DNA of 64,000 nt from Scenedesmus sp. PABB004 (GCA_014905635.1 JABVCE010000005.1:1302001-1366000); one strand, 5' to 3'. Shown: positions 51,163 to 63,405, counted from the stretch's first letter. Notes: generated by a model not told the origin, from the sequence alone. Program-made: numbers and translations.

Positions 51163-53964
51163 ATGATGCTCTCCGCCACCGCGCGCCCCGGCGCGTGCTG
51201 CCCGGGCAACGGCCGCCGCAGCGCCGCGCGGCCGCTGCGCTGCGTGCGCTCGCGCGCCGGCACCGGCTCCACGCCCTCCGGCTCCACGCCCTCCGGCGCC
51301 ACGCCCCGCTACACGCCCACGCCCACGCCCGCGACCGCGACCGGCGGCGGCGGCGGCGCGCCGCCGAGCGGTGCGGCCGGCGCGCGCGCTCGCAGCTCGC
51401 GCGCCACCTGCGACCCCCGCACCCGCGGCCCGTGCGCCCCACCCACCGCGCGCGCCCGCGCACGCAGGCGGCGCCGGCGGCAGCGGCGGCTCCTTCCCCA
51501 ACGGCGGCCCCGGCCGCGGCGGCCCGTGGTGGAACGACCCGACCTACTGGCTCGGCCTGCTGCTCGGCCTGGGGCTCGGCCTGCCCCTGATCAACCGCTT
51601 CCTGCGCGACCGCACCACCGCCAAGGACCGGGTGCGGCGGCGCGGCGGCGCGGCGGCGCGCGCGCTGGCGCCGCGCGCCGCGCGGCGCCCCAGCTCCCGC
51701 GGCCGCCGCCCACGCGCGCACACGCCCGCGCCTGCGCCGCCCGCAGGCCGAGGGCCACCTGGAGTCGGCGCGCCACCACGCCGCGACCGCCGCGTCGGAG
51801 CTGGGCAAGGCCCGCAAGGCCGGCGCGGCCGACGCCAAGGGCCGCGCCGCCGCGACCGCGGCCGACGCCAGGGGCCTCGTCGCGGGCGCGGCGGACGACG
51901 CCAAGGGCGCGACCAAGTCCGCCGCCGCGTCCACCAAGTCCGCCGCCGCGTCCGTCAAGGTGCGCCGCCGCCGCGGGGCGCGCTTCGCCCCGCCTCGCGC
52001 GCCGCCCGCCGACCGCCCGCCGGCCGGCGCAGGGCGCGGTGCGGCACGCCGCGCACGAGGCGGGGGAGGGCCTGGAGGAGGCGGCCAGCCGCGCCTCGGG
52101 CGCCCTGGTGAGCGCCAAGCACAAGACCGTCGACCCCGTGGGCCGCGCCGTGGGCAGCGCCGCCAGCGGCGTCGCGCACGGCGCGCGCGACGCGCGCGAC
52201 GCACTCGTCGGCAAGGGTGAGCGCGGCCCGCCGGCGCGCGCCGGCGCGCAGCAGCCCGCGCCCGCGCCCGCCGCCGGGCCGCCCTCCACCTCCCCTGCCG
52301 CCCCGCCGACCCTGCCGCCGCCGCGCCGCGCGGCGCAGCCGAGGACGCGCGCGAGGCGGCGGCCGACGCGGGCACCGACATCAAGCGCGGCGCCAAGAAG
52401 GCCGGCGCGCGCGCGGACGCGGGCGTGGAGGAGGGCAAGGAGAAGAGCCGTGGCTGGCTCTCGCGCGCGTTTGGCCGCGGCAAGGTGCGGCGGCGCGGGG
52501 CGCCGCCGCGCGCCGCGCGCCGCGCGCCGCGCGCCGCGGCTCGCCGCCTGCGCGCCGCGCAGCGCCTGCGCCGCCGCGCGGCTCGCGCGCACCATCGCTG
52601 CGCCCGCGCCGGGCAGGCGGCCAAGGAGGACGCGAGCCACGCCGCCAAGAAGGCCGCCATCAGCGCCGAGGCGTCCGCGGCCTCGGCCAAGCACGAGGCC
52701 AAGGGCTTTGGCGCGCGCCTGTGGGGCCGCGGCGAGGTGCGGCGCGCGGGGGCGCGCACGGGACGTGCGGGGCGCGCAGCGCACGCCGCGCACACGCGCC
52801 ACCGCCTCCGCCGCCGCCGCCGCGCGCGCAGGAGGCGGCGGACGACGTGAGCGCGGCGGGCGCCAAGGCGGGCCACAAGGCCGACCGCCCGCTCGACGGC
52901 GCGGGCCGCAGCGTCAGCGGCGCCGCGAGCGCGGTCGGCGCGGGCCTCTCCGGCGCGGCGCACAACCTGAGCGAGGGCGTGCAGCACGCCGCCGACAAGG
53001 TCTCGGGCGCCGCCGGGCGCGCGGGCGACGCGCTGGAGGAGGAGTCGCGCGACCACACGGCCGGCCTCATCACGGGTGCGCGCGTGCGCGCGCAGCCCGC
53101 AAACGCCGCCGCCGCCGCACACCGCCCGGCGCAAACACGCGCCCTGCGCCGCGCCGCCGCCCCGGCACCGCCCCCGCGCCGCGCGCGCAGCCGCGGGCGT
53201 GCTCGCCGCGACGGGGCTGCTCACGGGCGTGTACTACGCGACGCCCAAGGAGACCAAGGACCGCATCAAGCGCAGCATGCGCCGCGCCGGCGACGAGTGA
53301 GCGCGCCGCCGCCGCACAGGGCGCTGCGCCGCGGCGGGCTGGCCATGGCCCGCGCGACCGGGTCTGCTAGCCCCGCGCGGGCGGCACCCGCCGCGCGCAC
53401 TGCTCACCGACCGCCCGCCGCCGCCGCGGCGCCGCAGCGCCAAGAATAGCACCGAGCAGGCGGCCGCGTCGGCCAAGGGCGCCGCCGCGAGCCTCGCCGA
53501 CAGCGTGCGCTCGGGCGGGCAGGCGGTCGCCGACAACCTGCGCGGCGCGACCGACCGCGCGTCGCGCGAGGCTGCGGCCGACGACCTGCGCGACGTAGAT
53601 GGCAACGTCCGCGCCGGCATGCGCGACGCGGGCAACCGGTGCGGCGGGCGCGGGCGCGCGCGCGCGCCGCGGGCTTGGCGGCGGGGGGCGCGCGTCCCGG
53701 CGCCGCCGCCCGCGCCGCGTTTGCGACCCTTGCCCCCGCGCCGCCGCGCCCCGCAGCGCGCGCGACGCGGTCGGGTCGGGCGCGGACAGCGCGGCCGGCG
53801 CGGGGCGCGCCGTGGGGCGCAAGGCCGAGGGCGCCGTGGGGGGCCTGGAGCGCGACATCGACCGCGCGGCCGACACGGCCAAGCGCGGCATCGACCGCAC
53901 CGCCAGCGGCGGCAAGGGCGCGGTCGAGGCCGCGCGGCGCACCGTGCAGCAGCAGGCGCAGTGA
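51163..53964 (+). CDS. LEA-like Ala/Gly/Lys-rich hydrophilic protein with transit peptide and two hydrophobic segments, about 10 exons
   Basis: Helical A/K/D/E-rich repeats (AADDAKGATKSAAASTKSAAASVK; AAKEDASHAAKKAA); WLGLLLGLGLGLPLI and AGVLAATGLLTGVYY. Confidence 0.7.
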
Positions 53965-54357
53965 GCGGCAGGGCTCGGGCGGGCGGCAGAGCCGCACGGC
54001 GCGCGCGCAGGGGCGGGGCGGCCAGGCCGGGGCGGGCAGGTGCGGGAGCGGGGCGGCGGGGCGGCGGGTGGGGCGTGCGGTGCAGTTGGCCGGCGTTGCG
54101 TGCGCGCGTGCGCCTGCAGGCAGACAGAGAGAAGAGACGCGGTGGGGGTCCCGCGGCGGCGTGCTGCGGCGGTGTGCGGCGGCCGCGCGTGCAACAACAG
54201 ACCGTGGCGAGAGTTGCCGGTCCCAAGGCCTCCGAGGCCCCCGCGCCTGCGTGTCGCAGCAGGCGCGCGCGCCGCGACCGCGACCGCCCTGCTCTCGCAC
54301 GCGCCGGCGCGCCGGCTGCGCCGGCCCCGCCGCGTCCCCCCCCCCCTCTCTGGGGGC

Positions 54358-57300
54358 TTAGGCCTTGAGGTACTGGTCGAGCTTCTCCCCCGAGAGCGCC
54401 TCGAGCTGCGCGACGAGGCCCTGCGCCGCCGCCTCGACCGCGAGCTCGGGCTCCTCCAGCAGCTCCGCCACGTACGGCAGCGCCTCCGGCAGCAGCATCA
54501 GGTACTCCTCGCGCAGCAGCTCCGCGAGCCGCGAGACCGCGCCGAGCGCAAGCAGGCGCGGCCGCGGCCCGCCGGCGCCGCGGCTCGCGAGCAGCACGCC
54601 GTGGTGCAGCGGCTTCCACACCGCGTCGCTGCCGCTCGCAACCGCGAGCGCGTGCAGCGCGCCGAGCGCGGCCGCGCCGGCGGCGTCGCAGAGCGCCGCC
54701 GCGGCGTCGCCCGCGCCGGCCTCGGCCGCGGCGCGCCCCGCCGCGCCGAGCGGCGCGAGCGGGCCGCCCGGCGGGTCGAGCGCGGCGTCGGCGCCCTGCT
54801 CCGCGAGCGCCGCCGCGAGCGCGGCCGGCGGCGCGTCGCTCAGCATCTCCACGAGCAGCGGCAGCAGGCGCTCAAAGCGCTCCGCCTGCTCCTGCTGCGC
54901 CGCGGGGCCGTCGGGCGGCGGCTCGTGCAGCGCGAGCAGGTGCACCAACCGCGCCGCGCGCAGCCGAGCGAGCCAGCCGCACAGCGCCGCGGCGTCGCCG
55001 CCTGCGCCGCCGGCCGCCGCCTCGGGCGCGCCGCCGCCGCCGGCGGACGCGCGCTTGGCCTTCTTCTTCGGCCGCTTGCCGCCGCCCCCGCCGGCGAGCG
55101 CCTCGCCCGCGAGCTGCTGCATGAGCAGCACGCCGAGGTAGCGCTGGTACGGCACAAACACGCGGCGCAGGCGGTGCCCGAGCGCGACGCACGCGGCCAG
55201 GAACGCCGCGGCGCGCCCCGCCGCGCCCGGCGCGGCGCCGGCGCTGCTGCCGCTCGCGCCGCCCCCGGCGCCGGCCCAGTCCAGGAGGCGCAAGAAGAGT
55301 GGCTTGAAGCGCGACTCGCTGAGCTTCATCACCAGGCAGCACAGCGCCTCCACCGCGGCGCCCTCGACCGCCGCCACGGCGGCGCCGCCGAGGCGCGCGG
55401 CCGCGGCCGCCGCGGCGGCCGCGTCGGCGGCGGCGCCCGCGTCGCCCGCGGCGGCGGCGGCCGCCGCGGCGGCGCCGTCGTCGGCGCCGCCGACGGCGGC
55501 CGCGAGCCAGCGCTGGCGCGTGTCGAGCGCGCGCAGCAGCAGGCCGGCGAGGGGCTCGTGGTACGTCGCGGCGACGGCCGGCTCCATGCCGCGCGCGGCC
55601 GCGCCGACGAGCTCCAGCAGCGCGACCGCGGGCGCCGCGCTCGGCGGCCCGCCGCCGCCGCCGCCGCACGCCGCGAGCGCGGCGTCCCACGCGCCCACGA
55701 GCGGCTCGACCAGCAGGCGCGGCGGCACGCGCGCCGGCAGCGCGGCGCGCAGCCGCGCGGCCGTCGCGGCGCCGCCCGCGGTGCGGCAGTCGAGCACCGG
55801 CCGCTGCAGCAGCAGGCGCAGCAGGGGGCGCAGGTAGGGGCTAAGAAAGGGCCCCAGCCCCACCACCAGCGCCTCGAGCGCCGCGAGCGCGCCCGCGAGC
55901 TGCAGCGCCGCCTCCTGGCCGCGGCCGAACGCGCCGCCGTCGCGCGCGTCGCCGCCGTCGTCGTCGCTCGCCGCCTCTGCCGGCTGCTCCTCGGCCGCCG
56001 CCGCCGCCGCCGCGGCCGCGGCGTGGTCAAAGCCCTCGAGCTCGGCGGCGGCCGCCTGCGCGGCGCCGAGCGCCACCGCCGCGGCCTGGGGCAGCAGCGG
56101 CACGAGCCGCGTGCCCACCGCCGCGACGCACGACGCGAGGCAGGCGAGCGCGCTGACGCGCACGGGGCCCGACGGGTCGACCGCGCCGGCCAGCACGTGC
56201 GGCAGCGCGGCCAGCACCGCGCCCGGCGACGCGGCGCCAAACTGGCGCACGCCGGCGTCGGCCGCGACGAGCGCGAGCTGCCTCGTGAGCGGCGCGGGCG
56301 CGGCCAGCAGGCGCGGCAGCTCGCCCGCGACCGACAGCGCCGCGGCGCCGAGGCCAGCGACCGCGGCGGCGCGCTCCGCCGGCGGCGCGTCGGCGGCGCG
56401 CGCCTCGGCCGCCGCGACGTCCACCGCGGCGCGCGAGAGCCGCGCCGCGAGGAGCTTGAGCGCGCGGCGCTGCACGCTCGCGTCGTCGTGCCGGCTCATC
56501 TCCACGAGCGCGGCCAGGTAGCTGGGGCAGTCCTGCACCGCCTCCAGCGCGGACAGCAGGTCGTACACGCCCGCAGCGCCCGCGCGCATCGCGCGCTGCG
56601 CGCGGCGCGCGCCCTTGGCCGGCCCCGCGCCCGCCGGCGCGGCGCCGGCGGCGGCGCCGGGCGCGAGCTGCTGCAGGTGCGTCAGCGCCTGGCGCATGAT
56701 GCCGCGGCACGCCGCCTGCAGCGCCGGCGCGCCGGCGGGGTCGGCGGCCGCCGCGGCGGCACCGGCGGCGGCGACGACCGACTTGGCCTGCGGCGCCGGG
56801 CGGGGACGGGCGAGGGCGCACCGGCAGGGTGGGCTGCTGAGGCAGTGCGGGCTGGCCACATGCCACGCGACGCCCACAGCACGCACAGAACGCACACGCC
56901 ATCGCGCACGCAGCCGCGGCACCACGCGCGCGCGAGGGGGGGAGGGCAGGCCTCAGAGAAATCCGCTAATGTTTGTAATCAATGCCTGGGCGCGCCGCGC
57001 ACGGGCGCCCTCAGAATGTGTAACAATTTTGGAACATCACCGGCCGGGTCCCTCGCCGCGGGGGCACACGACAGCGCACGCGACACGCGACGACGCACGC
57101 CGCGCGCAGCAGGCAGGGCACGCTGGAGCAGCGCGTGCGGGAGCGGCCGGCGGCGCCTCACCTTGAGGTTGGCCGTGACCAGCGAGACCGCCAGCCGCGG
57201 CAGCGGCGCGTGCGCGCCGCCGCCGTCGGCCAGCGCCGCCTCGAGCACCGCGGCAAAGGCCGCCAGGCGCTGCGCCACGGGCACCTGCGGGCGGCGGCGG

Positions 57301-60300
57301 GCGCGGGCGGCGGCGTGTCAGCGCGCGGCCCCTGCGCGCTCGGCGGCGAGGGAGGGGCGAGGTAGGAAGGCGGCGGCGGCCTCAGAAACCGTAGTAATTC
57401 TGATGTAATTGAGCATCGTCACGGAGGATCGGACTGACGTGCAATTGGTTGTCATCCCCGGCCGCCGCCGCCGCCGCCGCCGCCGTCGCCTCGCAGCCGC
57501 GCCCGTGAGCCCGCGCACCCGCGTGCGCGCCGCACCTTTTCACACAGCGCGCCAATGAGGTCAGGCAGCCAGTCGGCCTCGGTCGCTGGCGCCGGCTCAC
57601 CGGGCGGCTCGGGCGCGGCCGCCGGCGCGGGCGCGCGGCGGCCCTTCCTGCCCGCCGGCGACCTGGCCGCGGCCTCCGCCGCCGGCGCGGCGGGCGCCGC
57701 CGCGGCGGCCACGACGCGCCGCATCATGATCAGGAGGCCCACGGGCAGCCCCGCCTCCTGCGCGGCGGGGCGGCGGGGACGGCGCGGCGGCGCGCGGGTC
57801 AAGAGGCGCGCCACGGGGCGGGCGAGGGGGAGGGCGGGGCAACGGCCCCGCTGCTGCTGCAGCTGCTGTCAGACAAATGCCTCGGTTGTCCTCACGCTCG
57901 CGGTGCGCTGGCAGCATGACGCTGCCAGCCCCCGCTCGGACTCGTCATCTGGTTTGTCATCACCCAGGCAGCACAGCACGCAGCACACAGCACAGCACAC
58001 GCAGCACACAGCACAGCACACGCAGCGCAGCACGCAGCCCACGCAGCACGCAGGAAGAGGAGCAGCACGCGGCGGCGCCAGCGTGCGCGCGCGCGCGCGG
58101 GCGGGGGCGTCGCTGTTGTCAGACAAATGCCTCGGTTGTCCTCACGGGGCCGGCGCCCGCCGGCATAACGCCGCCGGGGCCACGTCGGACTCGTCATCTA
58201 GTTGTGTCATCACCCAACGCCGCCGCCGCACACATTGCGCACACGCGGCCACACGCACACGTTGGAGCCGCGCGCGCGCGCGCCCGCCCCGTGCCCCCGC
58301 GCCCCGCCGCCAGCCGCGCGCACCTGCGGCAGCGCGCCCTGCAGCGCCTCCAGCAGCCGCAGCCGCCGCGGGCCGGGCAGGCCAGGCAGCGCGTCGATGA
58401 GCGCCGCCCACAGCTCCTCGCTGCGCCGCCCGCCGGCGAGCCAGGCGGGCACGAGCGCCGCGAGCGCGGCCGCGGCGACGGCCTGCGAGTGCGCGTCGGC
58501 CTGGAACGCGGCGGAGTGCTGGATGACGGCGAGTGCCTGCGGGGCGCGGTGCGGCGGCGGCGGCAGCAGGTTGGGCGCGCGGCGAAGGCAGGGCGCGAAG
58601 GGGGGGGGGGGCAGGGGCAGCAGGTGCGCGTCGCGCGCGGGGCGCGCGGGGAGCCTCATACAAAGGCACGTCTCTCAGTCACGGTGAATCAGCAACTGTG
58701 AAAGCATTCGTGGTTGTATAATCCCCGGCTCCCGCGCGCGCCCGCCGCCGCCGCCCCTGCCCCGTGCCGCGCCGCGCGCCGCCTCACCTGCAGCACGTAC
58801 TCCAGCACCCGCTCCGGCGCCGAGCGCGCAAGCACCGCGAGCAGCTGCAGCGCCGCGTTGCGCACCGCGCCGTCGGGCGCCGCGGACGCGGCCAACAGCA
58901 CGAGCCCCGCGTCGACGCCCGGCGGCGCGCCGGCCGCCTGCGCCTCCTGGGCCAGGGCGTCGAGCACCAGCAGCGCCAGCTGGGCGGCGTAGCCGGCCGC
59001 CGACGCCGACGCGGCGCCGGCACCGGCGGCGGGCTCGCCCTCCGCGTCCGCCGCCTCGCCGCCTGCGTCGCCGGCGTCGCCGCCGGGCTCGTCGTCGTCG
59101 CTGCCGCCGTGGCGCTCGGCGACGCTGCCCATGCGCGGCAGCAGCGCGCGCAGCAGCGCCTGCAGCGGCGCCGCGAGCGCGGCGCGGCCCGCCACGGCCT
59201 CCTTCCACTGCAGCAACTCGAGCGCCGCGGTCGCGGCGTCCAGGTCGGCCGCCGCGACGGGGCCGGCGGGCGCCGCGCCGCCGTCCACGTCCATGGCCTC
59301 GGCCTGGCTGCCGCTGCCGCTGGCGGCGCTGCTGGCGCGCCGCGCGCGCTTGGCCTTGGGCGCGGGCGTCGGCGGCGCGCCGCCCGCGGCGCCGCCGACA
59401 CGCGCGAGCAGCGGCAGCAGCATCCCCGCCGACACGGGCAGCCGCTCGAGCGCGGCGCGCGCGGCGGCGCGGCACGCGGCGTCGCCGTCGGTGGCGTGCG
59501 CCTGCAGCGCCGCCGCAAACGCGGCCTGGCCGTCGCCCCCGAGCGCCTCGAGCATCGCGGGGCCGAGCGCCGCGAGCGCCGCGGTGCGCGCGGGCGCGAC
59601 GGCGGCGAGCTGCGCCGCCGACAGCCGCCCGCCGCCCGGCGCTGCGGCGTCGAGCCCAACCGCCGCCGCGTCGAGCAGGGGCAGCTGCAGCAGCCCCAGG
59701 TAGCGCGCGGCCACGCCGGCGTCCGCGGCGACCGCCTCGGGCGAGGCAAAGCCGACGGCCGCGACCGCGAGGCCGCCGCGCAGCGCCTGCAGCGCGGCGC
59801 CGGCCTCCGCGGCGGCGTCGTCGCCCAGCGCCGCGGCGAGCGACTGCCACAGCGGCGCGTCGCCGCCGCGCGCGCCGTGGCCGCCCGCCGCCGCCCGCGC
59901 GTGCACCGCGAGGCCCAGCAGCAGCTCGCGCAGCAGCTGCTGCGCGGCCGCGGCGGCCGCGTCGCCGGCGCCGCCGCCGGCGCGCAGCACCGCGACCGCC
60001 AACTCGGCGCCCAGCAGCTGCGCGTCGCCGGCCAGCGCCGGCAGCGCCGCCAGCAGCAGCTGCTGCAGCGCGTGCGCGCACGCGGGCGGCAGCTGCACCT
60101 CAGCAACCGCGCCGGCCTCGGCGGCGGCGCCGCCGCCGTCGCTGGACAGACCGCGCGCGCCGCCGGTCTTGCTGCCCCGCCGCGGCGTCTTGGGCCGCGC
60201 GGCCGACGCGGCGCCGCCGCCGCCGCCGCCGCCCGCCGCAACGGCTGCGACCAGCAGCGGCGTCAGCGCGCCGTGTGCGTCGCGCAGCAGGGCCTCGTGC

Positions 60301-63300
60301 GGCTGCAGCGCGGCCGCGAGGGCTGCGAGGTGCTCCGCGCTGAAGCCGCCCGCGAGCGCCCAGCCGGGCGCGCCCGCGACGAGCCCGGGCAGCGCCAGCA
60401 GCGCGTCCACCGCCGCGCGACGCACGCGCTTGCTGGGGCTGTCCGCTGCGGCCAGCAGCGACACGAGCCACGCGCCGTCGCCGTCGGGCGCGGCGCGCGC
60501 GGCCGCCGGCGCCGCGTCGCCGGCCTGCCAGTGCAGCAGCTGCAGCGCCGCCGCCTGCACCGCCTCGCCGCACGCGGCGGGGGGCAGGCCGTACACGCCC
60601 GACAGGAACCGCAGCTGCTGCGCCGCGTCGGCCCCGCACTTGGCAACGAGCAGCCCGGCGTGCTCCAGCAGGCTCGGCTGCGCCGCCGCGACCGCCGCGA
60701 GGCGCGCAAACAGCGCGCCCGGGCGGCCGAGCAGCTCGCCGAGGCCCTCGGCGCTCGCGCGCGCCAGCGCGGTGCGCAGCCCCGCGAGCAGCAGCGCGCC
60801 GTGGAGCTCGGGCAGGGCGGCGTGCAGCTGCTGCAGGTGCTGCCGCGTCGGCAGCAGGTCGGCGTCGAGCGCCGCCGCGGCTGCGGCCGCCCAGTCGTCG
60901 GGCAGCTGCAGCCCGGCGGCGCCCGCGCGCCGCTTCTTGCCGCCCGCCGGCCCCAGCGCCTGCTCCAGCAGCGCCAGCAGCGCCGCGGCGACGCGCGCGG
61001 CGGTCGCCGCGGCGTCGCCGCTGCCCGCCTGGCTGCCCCCGGCCTGGCTGCTGCTGGCGCGGTGCTGCCGGCCGCGGCCGCGGCCGCGCGGCGAGTGCGG
61101 CGCGTCCGCGCCGTCCTCGTCCGCCGGCGACGCGGCCGCAGCGTGCACGAGCGCCAGCAGCAGCAGGTGCCGGCAGCGCGGCCCGCAGTCCGCCGCGACC
61201 GCCGCCAGCTCCGACGCCAGCGCGCCGGTGAGGCCGTCGGACAGCGCCCGCACGACGGCGCGGTTGAGCGCGACCGCGGCGGCGTGCTTGTCGCCCGCCG
61301 CCGCGTCGCCCGCCGCCGCGTCGGCGGCGCCGCTGCCCTTGGCGCCCTTCTTGCGCCGCTTGCCGTTCGAGCCGGGCGCCTCGGCGGCGGCGGCAGCGGC
61401 GGCGGCGCCGCCGCCAGCCTCGAGCGCAGCCGCCACGCCTGGCGCGGCCGCGAGCGCCGCGAGCAGTGGGTGCCACTCGGCGGCGCCCGCGACGGCGACC
61501 GCGGCGCGCGCGAGGCGCTTGAGCCGCCTGTCGCCGAGGCAGTGCTCGAGCAGCAGCGCCGCGGCGCCGCGCGCCACGCGCGCCGCCGCGGCCTGCGCCT
61601 CGCTGTCGGCCGCGGCCACCGCGGCCGCCGCGGCGCACTCGCCGACGGCCGCCACGGCCGCCAGCCCCGCCTTGGCCGCCGCAAGCGCCTGCTTGCCGCC
61701 GCCGGCCGGCTCGCCCTCGCCGCCGTGGCCGGCCGCGAGCGCGGACGCCGCGCGCGACAGCAGGGCGGTCAGGCCCGCCAGCGCCGCGTCGGGCGGCACG
61801 GACGCGAGCCCCGCCGCCGAGGCGGCGGTCGCGGCGACCTCGAGCGCCTCGTCGTGCAGGCACGATGCGAGGCTCGCCGCCAGCAGCTCGCGCGTCGACG
61901 CCGGCGCGTCGGGCTCGGCGCACGCCGCGTCGAGCTTGCGCAGCGCCATCGCGCGCACGCCGCTCGCCGGCGCGGCGACCGCGAGCGACAGCGTCAGCGC
62001 GGCGCCGCCGCCGCCGCCCGCCTCGCTGCCGCCGTCGCCCGCCGACAGCACCTCGTGCCGGCTGCCGCTGAAGCAGGCCTGCACGTAGGTGAACAGCGCG
62101 TCCGCGCCGCCGCGCTGCGCCTTGGCACCGCCCTTGGCCGCCTTGCCGCGCCGACCGCCGCCCGGCGCGGGGGCCTCGGCGGCGCCCGCGTCGCGCAGCG
62201 CCGCGTTGATCGCCGCGTCGAGCTGGTCAGGGAAGCGCAGGTCAAGCGCGCGCAGCGCCTCGCCCACGTGCGGCGCCGCGGTGCCGCCCTGCGCCGCGTG
62301 CGCCGCCGCGCCGGCGCGCAGCAGGCCGGCCGCCGCGCCCTGCACGAGCGCTGGGTCCAGGTCCAGGTGGCGCAGCAGCGCCAGCAGCAGCGGCAGCAGC
62401 GCCGGCTGCCCCGGCAGCGCCGCCGCGAGCGACGGCAGCAGCAGGGACATCAGTGGGCCGAGCTTGGCGCCGCGCGCCTGCAGGTCCGCCAGCTGCTGCC
62501 CCACGCCCTCCTGCGCGGCCAGCAGCTGCGCGCGCGGCGGCGCGCGCCGGCGGCGGGCGGCGCGGGCGCGCGGGCGGGCGGGGCGGGCGGCGCGGCTCAG
62601 CAGGCGAGGGCGCTGCTGAGGTGCGTATGTGAAGAGTGAAGAGTGAGTGAGTGGAGGGAGGGGGTGTCGCATGCTGGGTAAGACCCACGAGGTAACTGCC
62701 CCGACGGGGCTCCCCAAGGTGATGGAATCAGCAGTCGCGGGCGCGCGGGAACCCCGCGGGCGGGGCTCGACCGCGCGCCGTCGCTCTCGGGTGTTCACTT
62801 GAGGACTGTGCACCCACGGGGGGCGGCCGGCTGGCCGGGTGCTCCTGGTCAACGGCCCGCAGGCGCCCGGCTAAAGGCGCCCGCGGGCCCACCCTCGGTG
62901 CAGTGCAGGTGCGGCCGCGTGCAGGGAGGTGTGGGGGGGGGGGGGGTGCAGCACGCGGCGCGGCGGGCCCCGCACCTGCAGCGCGCGGAGAGGCAGGGCC
63001 GTCAGGTGGGGCTGGCTGGCGGCGAGGTGGGCCAGCAGCATCAGCCCGGTCGTGCCGCCCAGGTCGGGTGCTCCCCGTACGACCTCAACGATCACCACTG
63101 CGGCGCGGGGCGGGGTGAGGGGGGGGGGGGGGTGTTGGGGTGGGCGGCGCAGAGCCGCGCGCTTTCATCCACGCAGGCGCCCGGCGCGGCGCCGCTGCTG
63201 CTGCTGTGCTGCCGCTGTGTGGCGCCTCAGGGAATACAAACTGAGGCACCCAGCGGGCGCGCGTGGCGCCCGAGTCGCGATGCATTTTCTCGTCACCGGC

Positions 63301-63362
63301 GCCACACAGCAGCAAGCCCCCGCTGGTGGCAGCCCCGCCGCTGCTGCTGCTGCTGCTGCCGC

Positions 63363-63405
<43 letters not shown>

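Noticed and set aside
57866..58219. Direct repeats as a CRISPR array or transposon ends
   Set aside because: Only two copies, eukaryotic intron, no cas or transposase; explained as snoRNA paralogs
62620..62890. RNase MRP/P, SRP or telomerase RNA
   Set aside because: Partial look-alikes (ACAGTCC, GAGAG, AGTTAC) but no complementary P4 3' strand, SRP motif or telomere template found
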